Shown piece after piece: positions 9,268 to 17,230 of a stretch of DNA of 64,000 nt. Numbering within the stretch: the first letter of the stretch is position 1; each line of letters opens with the position of its first letter. The notes below the pieces were generated by a model. The model did no database searches. It saw only the letters and a program-made list of their open reading frames with translations, and was not told where the DNA came from. Origin of the DNA: Coriobacteriia bacterium (GTDB lineage: Bacteria > Actinomycetota > Coriobacteriia > Anaerosomatales > Anaerosomataceae); the NCBI GenBank assembly GCA_030651765.1, contig JAUSBY010000015.1, positions 74,043 to 138,042 of the forward strand. Reading direction: 5' to 3'. The position numbers were made by a program, and so were the translations under genes.

Positions 9268-12183
9268 ATGACTCCTCCTAGCGTTTCACGGGGCATTGCC
9301 TCGCGTATCCTCTACGGCGCCGCCTCTGCCGAGGTGTCCGACGACGGCCTTCTCATTTCCAGTAGGGGCGACAGGGAGTCGTTCGCCCTGGGCGAGTTGA
9401 ATGGACTACTCGCCCGCGAGGACGGCCTGATCTGGTCTACGATGCGGGTACCGACGGCCCGCGGAGAGCGCAGCCTGCGCGGACTGTCGAAGCAGCAGGT
9501 GGAACCGCTTATCGCCGCTGCCAATGCCGCTGTGGCCGAAGACGCCGCCAGCCGCTACGCGCATCTTGAGCCCATACTCAGTGCTCTCGTCACCCGCCTC
9601 GACGCGCTGGATGCTCGCTCGCGCTACATCCGCCACTCAGAGGCTAAGGCGCTGCTCGATGAGATCCGCTCAGCGCTCACGATCCGCTCAGACTCCCTCT
9701 GGCGTCAGTACGCTCCGCTGTCGCAGAAGGTGAAGATCGGGCGTTTGACGCTGCTCGCTGAATCCGAGGGTGGGATCGAGGGATGGATCGAGTCGGTCAG
9801 GTCGGCCTTCGTCGAACACGAGCTGGCTGAGCACGCCGCCTTCTTCGACAGCGTCGAGAGCAAGCCGCTCACCGAGGCACAGCGCCGGGCCTGCGTGATC
9901 GCCGAGGACAACAACCTTGTCCTTGCCGGCGCTGGCACCGGCAAGACCAGCGTCATGATCGGCCGCGCAGGGTATCTCATCTCGTCCGGCCGGGCGAAGC
10001 CGGACGAGATCCTCATGCTGGCATTCGGTCGCAAGGCGGCTCAGGAGATGCAGGGGCGACAGGACTCGCGGCTCGAGGCCTGGCTCACTGCCGGCACGCC
10101 GACGATCAAGACGTTCCACGCGCTCGGCCTCGAGATCATCGGGAAGGTGGAGGGCAGGCGCCCGGACATCACGGTCATGGCCGAAGACCAGCTGCGGTTC
10201 ACGACCTTCGTCGATGAGACGATAGCCTCGCAGTGCGAGGAGGATGAGTATCGGCAGCGACTGATCCGCTACTGCGGCACCGAGCGCTTCCCATACCGAA
10301 ACTGGTTCGACTTCACGACCGAGGCCGAGTACCTCGAGTACGTGCGGGTGAATGAGCTCCGCACGCTCAAGGGCGAGATCGTGAAGAGCTTCGAGGAGAT
10401 GTTCATCGCCAACTACCTCGCGAGCCAGGGTGTGACTTACGAGTACGAGCGCCCGTATGAGGTGGACACCGCCGGCGCGACCTATCGTCAGTACCGCCCA
10501 GACTTCTACCTGCCCGAGCACGGCGTCTACATCGAGCACTTCGCGCTCGACCGCAGTGGTGACCCGCCGCGGTACTTCGACCGTGCCCGGTACGTAGAAG
10601 GGGTTGCGTGGAAGCGGAAGCTTCATGCCGAGCACGGGACACGCCTGATCGAGACGTACTCGTACCTGAAGCGTGAGGATCTGCTGGAGACGACGCTCGA
10701 GGCGGCCCTGGCAGAGGCCGGTGTGACCTTCGATCCACAGCCCACCGAACAGTTGCTTGCGCAGTTGCGGGAGACATCGCAGGTTACGGACTTTGCAGCG
10801 CTGGTTGCGGACTTCATCGGGCTCATGAAGCAGTCCGGCCATACAATCCCCGAACTTCGCACCAAGGCTGTCGCGAACCTGGACGCGTCGCGCATCAATC
10901 TGCTGCTCGATCTGATTGCGCCCGTCTACCTGACCTATGAGGCGACGCTTGCCGAGCGTGGCGAAATCGACTTCGCAGACATGATCTCGCGCGCGACCGA
11001 GCATGTTGAGAGCGGCCGCTATCGGTCACCGTACACCCAGATCATGGTCGACGAGTTCCAGGACATCAGCCCTGCCCGGGCCCGGCTCATACAAGCGCTA
11101 CTGCGTCAGCGGCCCGAGGCGATGCTCTTCGCAGTTGGGGATGACTGGCAATCGATCTACCGCTTCACCGGGAGCGATCTGCGGTACACCACGCGCTTCT
11201 CTGAGATCTTCGGCGCCACCGCCGCAACGGCCCTCGATCTCACATTCCGTTTCAACGACAAGCTCGGTGATGCGGCTTCGAAGTTCGTGCTCAAGAACCC
11301 CGAGCAGGTCCGCAAGGAACTCGCGTCGATGCGCGCTCAGGATGAGCCGGCCGTCTCAATCGTCCCCGCGGCCGCCTTGCGTGTGGGGCTCGATGCGGTC
11401 CTTGAGGCGATACGCCTTCGGGCCGACGGACGGGGCGGGTCTCGGTCCACCGTGCTCGTTCTGGGGCGATTCACGTTCACGTACAGCGAGATCGCGAGTG
11501 CGGAGTACAGGGAGCAGTTGCGTCGGCTACATCCCGCCCTCGACGTGGAGTTCATGACTGCGCACGCGGCCAAGGGCAAGGAGGCCGACTACGTGGTCGT
11601 CTTGGATGTCTCCCAAGGCCGCTACGGATTTCCGAGTGAGCGGCCGGCCGAGCCTGCGCTGGAGTTCCTCTTGCCCGAGGCGGAGCCATTCCGCTTCGCC
11701 GAGGAGCGGCGGCTGTTCTATGTGGCGCTCACACGCGCGCGACACCGCACGTACGTTGTCTGCGACCCTGCGAAGCCATCGACGTTCGTAACCGAACTGC
11801 TGGCCGAAGATGACCCGTACCCGGTGTGCACTGATGAGTGCGGGACTCTCGCATCCGCGCTGACAGCGCAACTGCCCTGCCCTCGATGCCACTCAGGCCG
11901 CCTCGTGGTCCGTGCCGGTCCCTACGGCAGCTTCGTGGGGTGCAGCCACTACCCGTACTGTACGCATCAGGCGCCGGCGTGCCCGGCATGCGGTGGAGTC
12001 ATGCGGCGTACTGGCGAGAGGCGGGTCTGCGTGGACCCTGCGTGTGGCCACAGCGTGCGACTCTGCCCGCGATGCGGTGGTGACCTCGTAGTGCGCAAGG
12101 GGCCGTACGGCCAGTTCATCGGGTGCAGCAACTACGGCAAGGGTGCCTTCTCATGCGGGCACAAGGAGAAGGTAGAGGGGTAG
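9268..12183 (+). CDS. helD: DNA helicase IV (HelD)-like UvrD-family helicase with internal PD-(D/E)xK-like insert and three C-terminal topoisomerase-type zinc fingers
   Basis: FFDSVESKPLTEAQRRACV..NLVLAGAGTGKTSVMIGRAGYL, MVDEFQDISPARARL, LFAVGDDWQSIYRF, FMTAHAAKGKEADYVVVL and EERRLFYVALTRARHR are colinear with E. coli HelD as I remember it. Insert: YEYERPY..YRPDFYLPEHGVYIEHF. Tail: CPRCHSG..GCSHYPYC, CPACGG.., CPRCGG..GCSNYG. Confidence 0.85.
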   Translation: MTPPSVSRGIASRILYGAASAEVSDDGLLISSRGDRESFALGELNGLLAREDGLIWSTMRVPTARGERSLRGLSKQQVEPLIAAANAAVAEDAASRYAHLEPILSALVTRLDALDARSRYIRHSEAKALLDEIRSALTIRSDSLWRQYAPLSQKVKIGRLTLLAESEGGIEGWIESVRSAFVEHELAEHAAFFDSVESKPLTEAQRRACVIAEDNNLVLAGAGTGKTSVMIGRAGYLISSGRAKPDEILMLAFGRKAAQEMQGRQDSRLEAWLTAGTPTIKTFHALGLEIIGKVEGRRPDITVMAEDQLRFTTFVDETIASQCEEDEYRQRLIRYCGTERFPYRNWFDFTTEAEYLEYVRVNELRTLKGEIVKSFEEMFIANYLASQGVTYEYERPYEVDTAGATYRQYRPDFYLPEHGVYIEHFALDRSGDPPRYFDRARYVEGVAWKRKLHAEHGTRLIETYSYLKREDLLETTLEAALAEAGVTFDPQPTEQLLAQLRETSQVTDFAALVADFIGLMKQSGHTIPELRTKAVANLDASRINLLLDLIAPVYLTYEATLAERGEIDFADMISRATEHVESGRYRSPYTQIMVDEFQDISPARARLIQALLRQRPEAMLFAVGDDWQSIYRFTGSDLRYTTRFSEIFGATAATALDLTFRFNDKLGDAASKFVLKNPEQVRKELASMRAQDEPAVSIVPAAALRVGLDAVLEAIRLRADGRGGSRSTVLVLGRFTFTYSEIASAEYREQLRRLHPALDVEFMTAHAAKGKEADYVVVLDVSQGRYGFPSERPAEPALEFLLPEAEPFRFAEERRLFYVALTRARHRTYVVCDPAKPSTFVTELLAEDDPYPVCTDECGTLASALTAQLPCPRCHSGRLVVRAGPYGSFVGCSHYPYCTHQAPACPACGGVMRRTGERRVCVDPACGHSVRLCPRCGGDLVVRKGPYGQFIGCSNYGKGAFSCGHKEKVEG

Positions 12184-12204
12184 GGTTGAAGTCGGAGTCG
12201 CGGT

Positions 12205-12468
12205 GCGGACCCCGCGCCCCTTCTTCTTCCGCCCCAAGTCGCCGCACAACGCGATCGCGGGCCTTGGGTACTTCGCGAGCTTCAGCGCGCTGCCGGCGTG
12301 GCTCGCGTGGGAGAGCTTCGGACCCAAGAACGGCGCCGCCGACTTCGACGAGATGCGCGCGCATCGAGCGCTACCGCCGTCGCAACGGCGCGCCAGTCTC
12401 CGAGCGCCCGAGCGACTACTCCATCGGCTGCATCATGGCGGCGAGCCCGGTTGTTCTTCCCCGAGGGG
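12205..12468 (+). pseudogene. decayed copy B of the HNH endonuclease gene (internal fragment, frameshifted)
   Basis: Starts directly after the helD stop. PFFFRPKSPHNAIAGLGYFASFSALPAWLAWESFGPKNGAADFDEMRA is then out of frame (2-nt deletion in gatgcgcgcgcatcgag versus gatgcgcgcccgcatcgag, 1-nt insertion in cccggttgttcttcc). Homology ends near ttccccgagg. Confidence 0.8.
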
Positions 12469-12505
12469 TTGGGCCTCGTCTGCACGTGACCCCGAGCTCT
12501 CACCG

Positions 12506-13145
12506 CTACCACTCGCGCGGCTTGCGAACCACGCGAATCCCGAGATGCACAGTCTCCGGCAGCTGCGACCTCTGGAGCACCGAGGCGTTGACGTGTCGCA
12601 TGATGCCGTCTACGCGACCCTGGAAGACGGAACCGCGACGCAGCCGCCCGGTGAACACGATGTGCACCTTCTTGCCGAGCTCTTCCCGGACCATCCTCAC
12701 CGGTTCGAGCAGATCGGAGTCATTGGACGACCACTGCGACATCGTAGCGATCGCGGAATCCGTCCAGAAGGAGATGAGACGCCAGGTTGACGTCCGAGCC
12801 CTTCTCCTTGGTGTCGATGATGGCGACCGTGTCGGGCGGGACGCGTGCACTGTCCGCGAGAGGGCGTCTGACGACGTTGGAGCGGAACTCACCGAGGTGT
12901 ACCGACACATCAGGCAGGGACTTGAGGGCCTCAAGATACGTGCCTTGCCGGTAGTGTCCGGTTGCGTCCCACGGAAGCGGCTTCAGGCGTGCCGTGAAGT
13001 ATCTGATCAGCACAATGTCGTACGCAGGCAGCAGCGTCTTCGCGAAGGCAGAGAGGTCGAGCCAGCGATGCGGCGTGTTGCGCAGCAGCCCGTAGTACAG
13101 GTTGAATCCGTCAATGTAGACGATGGCGATTGGCCGCGGTGTCAT
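12506..13145 (-). pseudogene. NYN/LabA-like (PIN-related) ribonuclease-domain gene with a single frameshift
   Basis: The N-terminal part (IAIVYIDGFNLYYG ... EKGSDVNLASHLL ... YDVAVVVQ*) stops at 12720-12722. The continuation SNDSDLLEPVRMVREELGKKVHIVF...SQLPETV reads in the next frame. The junction gtggtcgtccaatgactcc is consistent with a 1-nt loss. Confidence 0.75.
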
Positions 13146-13371
13146 GCCGAGTGTCCCCCGAAATGCGGAGGCCGCCTTGCGGCGGCCCTCGCGCCCTGGA
13201 TCGCAACCCAGGGGTGGTAAACCGATTCTGCCGAGCGATGCAGGACCTGTCAACAGGCTCGCAGGAGCATCATGGCACGCCGACCTCAACCGGATGCCAC
13301 CCGGATCCAAACCGCATCACACCCCTGCGCTACACTCCCCGTAGGGCTCCAATCGCCGGGGGGATCCGCCC

Positions 13372-14307
13372 ATGCGCGGCTACATCGGGAACACCGACTA
13401 CGACTGGTACCGCTTCTTGGCCTCGCAGCCCGGCATCGACGAGGTGAACTTCTGGCAGCCGTCGGCAAGCGCGAGCTTCAGCGCGCTGCGGCCCGGCGAG
13501 CCATTCTTCTTCCGCCTCAAGTCGCCGCACAACGCGATCGCCGGCTTCGGGTACTTCGCGAGCTTCAGCGCGCTGCCGGCGTGGCTCGCATGGGAGAGCT
13601 TCGGGCCCAAGAACGGCGCCGCCGATTTCGACGAGATGCGCGCCCGCATCGAGCGCTACCGCCGTCGCAACGGCGCGCCTGCCTCCCAGCGTCCGGGCGA
13701 CTACTCGATCGGCTGCATCATGGTGGCGAGCCCGGTGTTCTTCCCCGAGGAGCTGTGGGTTCGCGAGCCGAAGGGCTGGGCCCCCAACATCGTGCGCGGT
13801 CGCGGTGAGGATCTCACGACCGGCGAGGGCCTGCGCATCTTCACCGAGAGCCTCGACCGCGCGCAGCACCTGGGCGCGCCGGTGTTGGCCGCCGAGCCGG
13901 GCGCGCCCCGCTACGGTGAGCCGACGCTCGTGGCGCCGCGGCTCGGGCAGGGTATCTTCCGCGTGTCGGTTCTCGACGCGTACGACCGCGCGTGCGCGGT
14001 CACGGGCGAGCACTCGCTGCCGGTGCTCGAGGCGGCGCACATCATGCCGTACGCGTCCGGCGGCACGCACCAGGTCACCAACGGGTTGCTGCTCCGAAGC
14101 GACATCCACCGCCTGTTCGACCTGGGCTACGTGACGGTCACGCCCGAGTATCGCTTCCAGATCTCAGATGCGCTGGCCGAGGACTTCCACAACGGTCGGA
14201 CGTACTACGCCGAGCGGGGGAAGCGAGTGATCCTGCCGAAGGCGGAGGAGATGCGTCCGAGCAGGGACCTGCTCGCGTGGCATGGAGAGAGTGTGTGGCG
14301 GGGGTGA
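13372..14307 (+). CDS. HNH endonuclease (HNH_2 type) with ~170-aa N-terminal putative DNA-reader domain; candidate restriction nuclease
   Basis: C-terminal CAVTGEHSLPVLEAAHIMPY....NGLLLRSDIHRLFDLGYVTV is the HNH_2 pattern found in COG3440-like predicted restriction endonucleases. Only this copy is intact. Confidence 0.85.
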   Translation: MRGYIGNTDYDWYRFLASQPGIDEVNFWQPSASASFSALRPGEPFFFRLKSPHNAIAGFGYFASFSALPAWLAWESFGPKNGAADFDEMRARIERYRRRNGAPASQRPGDYSIGCIMVASPVFFPEELWVREPKGWAPNIVRGRGEDLTTGEGLRIFTESLDRAQHLGAPVLAAEPGAPRYGEPTLVAPRLGQGIFRVSVLDAYDRACAVTGEHSLPVLEAAHIMPYASGGTHQVTNGLLLRSDIHRLFDLGYVTVTPEYRFQISDALAEDFHNGRTYYAERGKRVILPKAEEMRPSRDLLAWHGESVWRG

Positions 14308-14388
14308 TTGCTCACCCGGGGATTCAGCCTCCCCGTGTCAGCATGATGAGCTATCCTCCAGAACGGGAGACCTGAATCTAGGAGCGAG

Positions 14389-15093
14389 TTGAAGCACCGA
14401 TACGCATATGAGCGTGAGCTCGTCGCCGACTTAGTTGATGAGCTGCCGGCCACCCCCGTCTCCAATCTGCCGCTTGCTGCAGCATGGGGCGAGGTGGTCT
14501 TCTCCACTCGTGTCGTGGACGTAGTCGGGCTGTACGCGTCATCACAGTGCTCACAAGTCGGTGAGGCCCTCGCTGGTTTCGAGGACAGAGATCTTCTGGT
14601 TCTTGCAGCAATCATCGCCTGTGGTCCGATATCTAGTGAACGGCTTACCTCAACGCTCGGGGCGGGAGCGGAGCGGGCAGTAAAGCAGTCGGTCGGCCGG
14701 CTGATGAACAATGATCTCGTGAGCCCAGGTCCGCGGGCATTGCGATCATCCTTGGGAGAAGTGCTGAAGGAATGCGAAGTTGCTGCAATTGAGGCGAAGC
14801 TGCACAAGCAGAAGGACGTGCTGCGTCAGGCAGAAGACAATCTGGGGCTGGCCGACTTCTCCTATGTCGCACTACCAGTAACGGTTGCCTTCAAGGAGGA
14901 TTTCCTGACCAGCGCACGTACGTGTGGGCTGGGGGTCATGTCCGTAGATCCAACTGGGTTGTTCGTACTGGTCAGGGCGCCGAGACGGCGTGGCGCGAGG
15001 CGAGGCATCGTACAGACGCATTTCACGTTGCGCCTGTTGCAGGAGAGTGCTGCCAGGACCGGCAGATGGATTAGCACAGGGGGGACTACCTAA
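14389..15093 (+). CDS. hypothetical protein, possible PD-(D/E)xK nuclease fold interrupted by a winged-helix domain
   Basis: TTG start with AGGAG 6 nt upstream. VVDVVGLY (Asp strand) ... wHTH-like LLVLAAIIACGPISSERLTSTL..SVGRLMNNDLVS ... AAIEAKLHK (ExK). The fold assignment is inference only. Confidence 0.55.
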   Translation: MKHRYAYERELVADLVDELPATPVSNLPLAAAWGEVVFSTRVVDVVGLYASSQCSQVGEALAGFEDRDLLVLAAIIACGPISSERLTSTLGAGAERAVKQSVGRLMNNDLVSPGPRALRSSLGEVLKECEVAAIEAKLHKQKDVLRQAEDNLGLADFSYVALPVTVAFKEDFLTSARTCGLGVMSVDPTGLFVLVRAPRRRGARRGIVQTHFTLRLLQESAARTGRWISTGGTT

Positions 15094-15890
15094 TGGGCGG
15101 TTTCAGCCCCGACCTTCAAGCGTCCGAAATCCAGGGGCAGATTCCGGGGTTGAGTCTAGCTAGTGCGCTGCCCGCAGGCGGACAAGGCGCCGTCTTTCGG
15201 GGAGTCCATGCCGAGCATGGCGACGTCGTTCTGAAGGTCGTCCTGCCGCAGTTCGAAGAACGAACGCGCCGCGAAATCGACGCCCTCCGTACACTCCGTC
15301 TGCCGAATGTGGTTCGACTGCTGGATCATGGCTACATCGACGTGAGGCAGGAGACTTGCCCTTACACACTGACGCGACTGGTAACAGGGGATGACATTAG
15401 AACGCGCATCCTTAACGGAGACCATATGGACGAGTTTCAGGCACGCGAGCTTATCCGTGGAGTAGCCGCCGCGCTTGACGAGTTGTGGCGCAAAGAAATC
15501 GTGCACAGAGACGTGAAGCCACCGAACATCATTTGGTCGACGTTGGGGACTGCCGTGCTCATAGACCTGGGCGTCGCGCGACATCTGACACGAACGGATC
15601 TGACGACGTATGGAGGATGGCTGGGGACGCGAGGCTTCATGGCGCCCGAACAAGCCTCTGGGGAGAAGCACCTGACCGTACGAGCCGACGTCTTTGGCCT
15701 AGGGGTAACGGCACACATGGCCATTACTGGAGTGCATCCATTTGGTGGCCAAGACGAGATTATGGCCGGGAAGAGGCCGACTAGCGTTGCGACAGTGAGC
15801 GACAACTTGTCGGCTCTCCTACTGTCGATGATGTCATTGAGGCCGATCGATCGCCCGACGGCTCGAAACCTGTTGGAGGCGTTGTCTTGA
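15093..15890 (+). CDS. Hanks-type Ser/Thr protein kinase, kinase domain only
   Basis: GGQGAVFRG (G-loop), VVLKVV (Lys), HRDVKPPNIIW, DLGVAR, GTRGFMAPE. The ATG overlaps the upstream stop (TAATG). Confidence 0.85.
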   Translation: MGGFSPDLQASEIQGQIPGLSLASALPAGGQGAVFRGVHAEHGDVVLKVVLPQFEERTRREIDALRTLRLPNVVRLLDHGYIDVRQETCPYTLTRLVTGDDIRTRILNGDHMDEFQARELIRGVAAALDELWRKEIVHRDVKPPNIIWSTLGTAVLIDLGVARHLTRTDLTTYGGWLGTRGFMAPEQASGEKHLTVRADVFGLGVTAHMAITGVHPFGGQDEIMAGKRPTSVATVSDNLSALLLSMMSLRPIDRPTARNLLEALS

Positions 15891-17137
15891 TGCCGAAGAT
15901 GCTCTACAACTGCCACGGTTCCTGGAGTTGTCGAGGGATTGAGGCGGCGGATGGTCGAATCATCCACGCCGCCGGCTTCGCTGAGAAGCGAGACTGCACT
16001 GGAGCGGCATCTGAAGGATTCGGTATCGTCGACTGCGATCCTCTGGTGTGGAATCTGCCGTATGACCCCCACGCAACTGTCTGCAACAAGATTGCTACGC
16101 ATGCGTTTCTTCCGATTGCCACGCCCCGCTTTGAAGATTGGCACGGCAAGGAGAGCGAGTGGATCGCCGCGGCAATCGCCCCGGTGGTATCAGCGGATTG
16201 GCCTCCTCCCTTGCCTTCAACTACTGGAGACATCGAGGGATTCATCGTCGACTGCCTGACCTGGCAAGGTCGCCTGCAGCCCACGTTGCTGACTGTTCCG
16301 ACGCCCCCGCTTGCGGGAGCGACGCCGGACTTGGATGCATTCCTCAAATGGCTACGCGCAGGTACACGTGCGGCTTCATACCTGCAGCCGAGCGAGACCA
16401 CGCTATTGTCCGTCACGGTAGAGGAAGGACTGCTCTCGACAGTAGGGGACGTCCTTCTTGACCAGATCACCGCCAGAGAGGGAATCGACGGGGTCTACTT
16501 GAACGTTGTCACGCACAAGACCGAGTTGGGCGAGCGGATCACTCAGGATGTGGCGACTTCACTTGTGCGGTTCGTTCGCGACCTCGCGCCTCACAGGCGC
16601 GTCTTCGTGAATGGCGTCGATCTCTTCGGATTGGTGCTACTCGGGGCCGGCGCGGAAGGAATCGGAATCGGCTATGAGCTTAAGGGGATGCGCCTGAACA
16701 CCAACGACTTCAAAGACACCAACAGTCGAGGAGCGTTTCCAAGAATGCTGTCGCTGGCGCTGTGCAAGAGGTTGGCCTTGGCAGAAATCGAGGTGCTTCG
16801 CAACGTTGGCTTGTTGGATCGTCTCGAGTCGGACCGTACCGATTCAAGCTCTGTACTCCTTGACGCTATACGTGACCGTCGGGACCTACGCACGATTATT
16901 CCGTGGCGACCCACTAAGGGGACTGTGGGTGAGGCACGGCGCCACTACATTCTTCGGCATGAAGGGGTCAAGCGCGAGTTGGATCCCATGAGCCAACGGG
17001 AGCGCTGGGAGTGGGTCGCGGGCTGGCTAGATACCTGCGACGCAAACATCAGCGACTTCTGTCAAGCGACTGGCAAGCGCCCGCAACAGGTGGGGGCGGG
17101 TCACGTGTCCGCTTGGCGTGAAGCAGTGTCTAAGTAG
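15890..17137 (+). CDS. hypothetical 415-aa protein with no recognisable motif
   Basis: The ATG overlaps the kinase stop (TGATG). Composition is coding-like and the ORF is long in a lower-G+C stretch. I recognised no motif. Confidence 0.65.
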   Translation: MPKMLYNCHGSWSCRGIEAADGRIIHAAGFAEKRDCTGAASEGFGIVDCDPLVWNLPYDPHATVCNKIATHAFLPIATPRFEDWHGKESEWIAAAIAPVVSADWPPPLPSTTGDIEGFIVDCLTWQGRLQPTLLTVPTPPLAGATPDLDAFLKWLRAGTRAASYLQPSETTLLSVTVEEGLLSTVGDVLLDQITAREGIDGVYLNVVTHKTELGERITQDVATSLVRFVRDLAPHRRVFVNGVDLFGLVLLGAGAEGIGIGYELKGMRLNTNDFKDTNSRGAFPRMLSLALCKRLALAEIEVLRNVGLLDRLESDRTDSSSVLLDAIRDRRDLRTIIPWRPTKGTVGEARRHYILRHEGVKRELDPMSQRERWEWVAGWLDTCDANISDFCQATGKRPQQVGAGHVSAWREAVSK

Positions 17138-17230
17138 ACCAGTAGTGGCTGTATTGGACGATTCCGCGCATCGCAGATAAAGTCGTTCAAGTTGGGAGGG
17201 AGTCCGGGCGATTGATTCACGGCTGACTCT

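Noticed and set aside
12123-13220. 365-aa plus-strand ORF across HNH copy B and the NYN locus
   Set aside because: It is a chimeric reading. It starts inside the helD 3' end, runs through the frameshifted HNH remnant and then runs antisense to the NYN gene. The composition is not protein-like.
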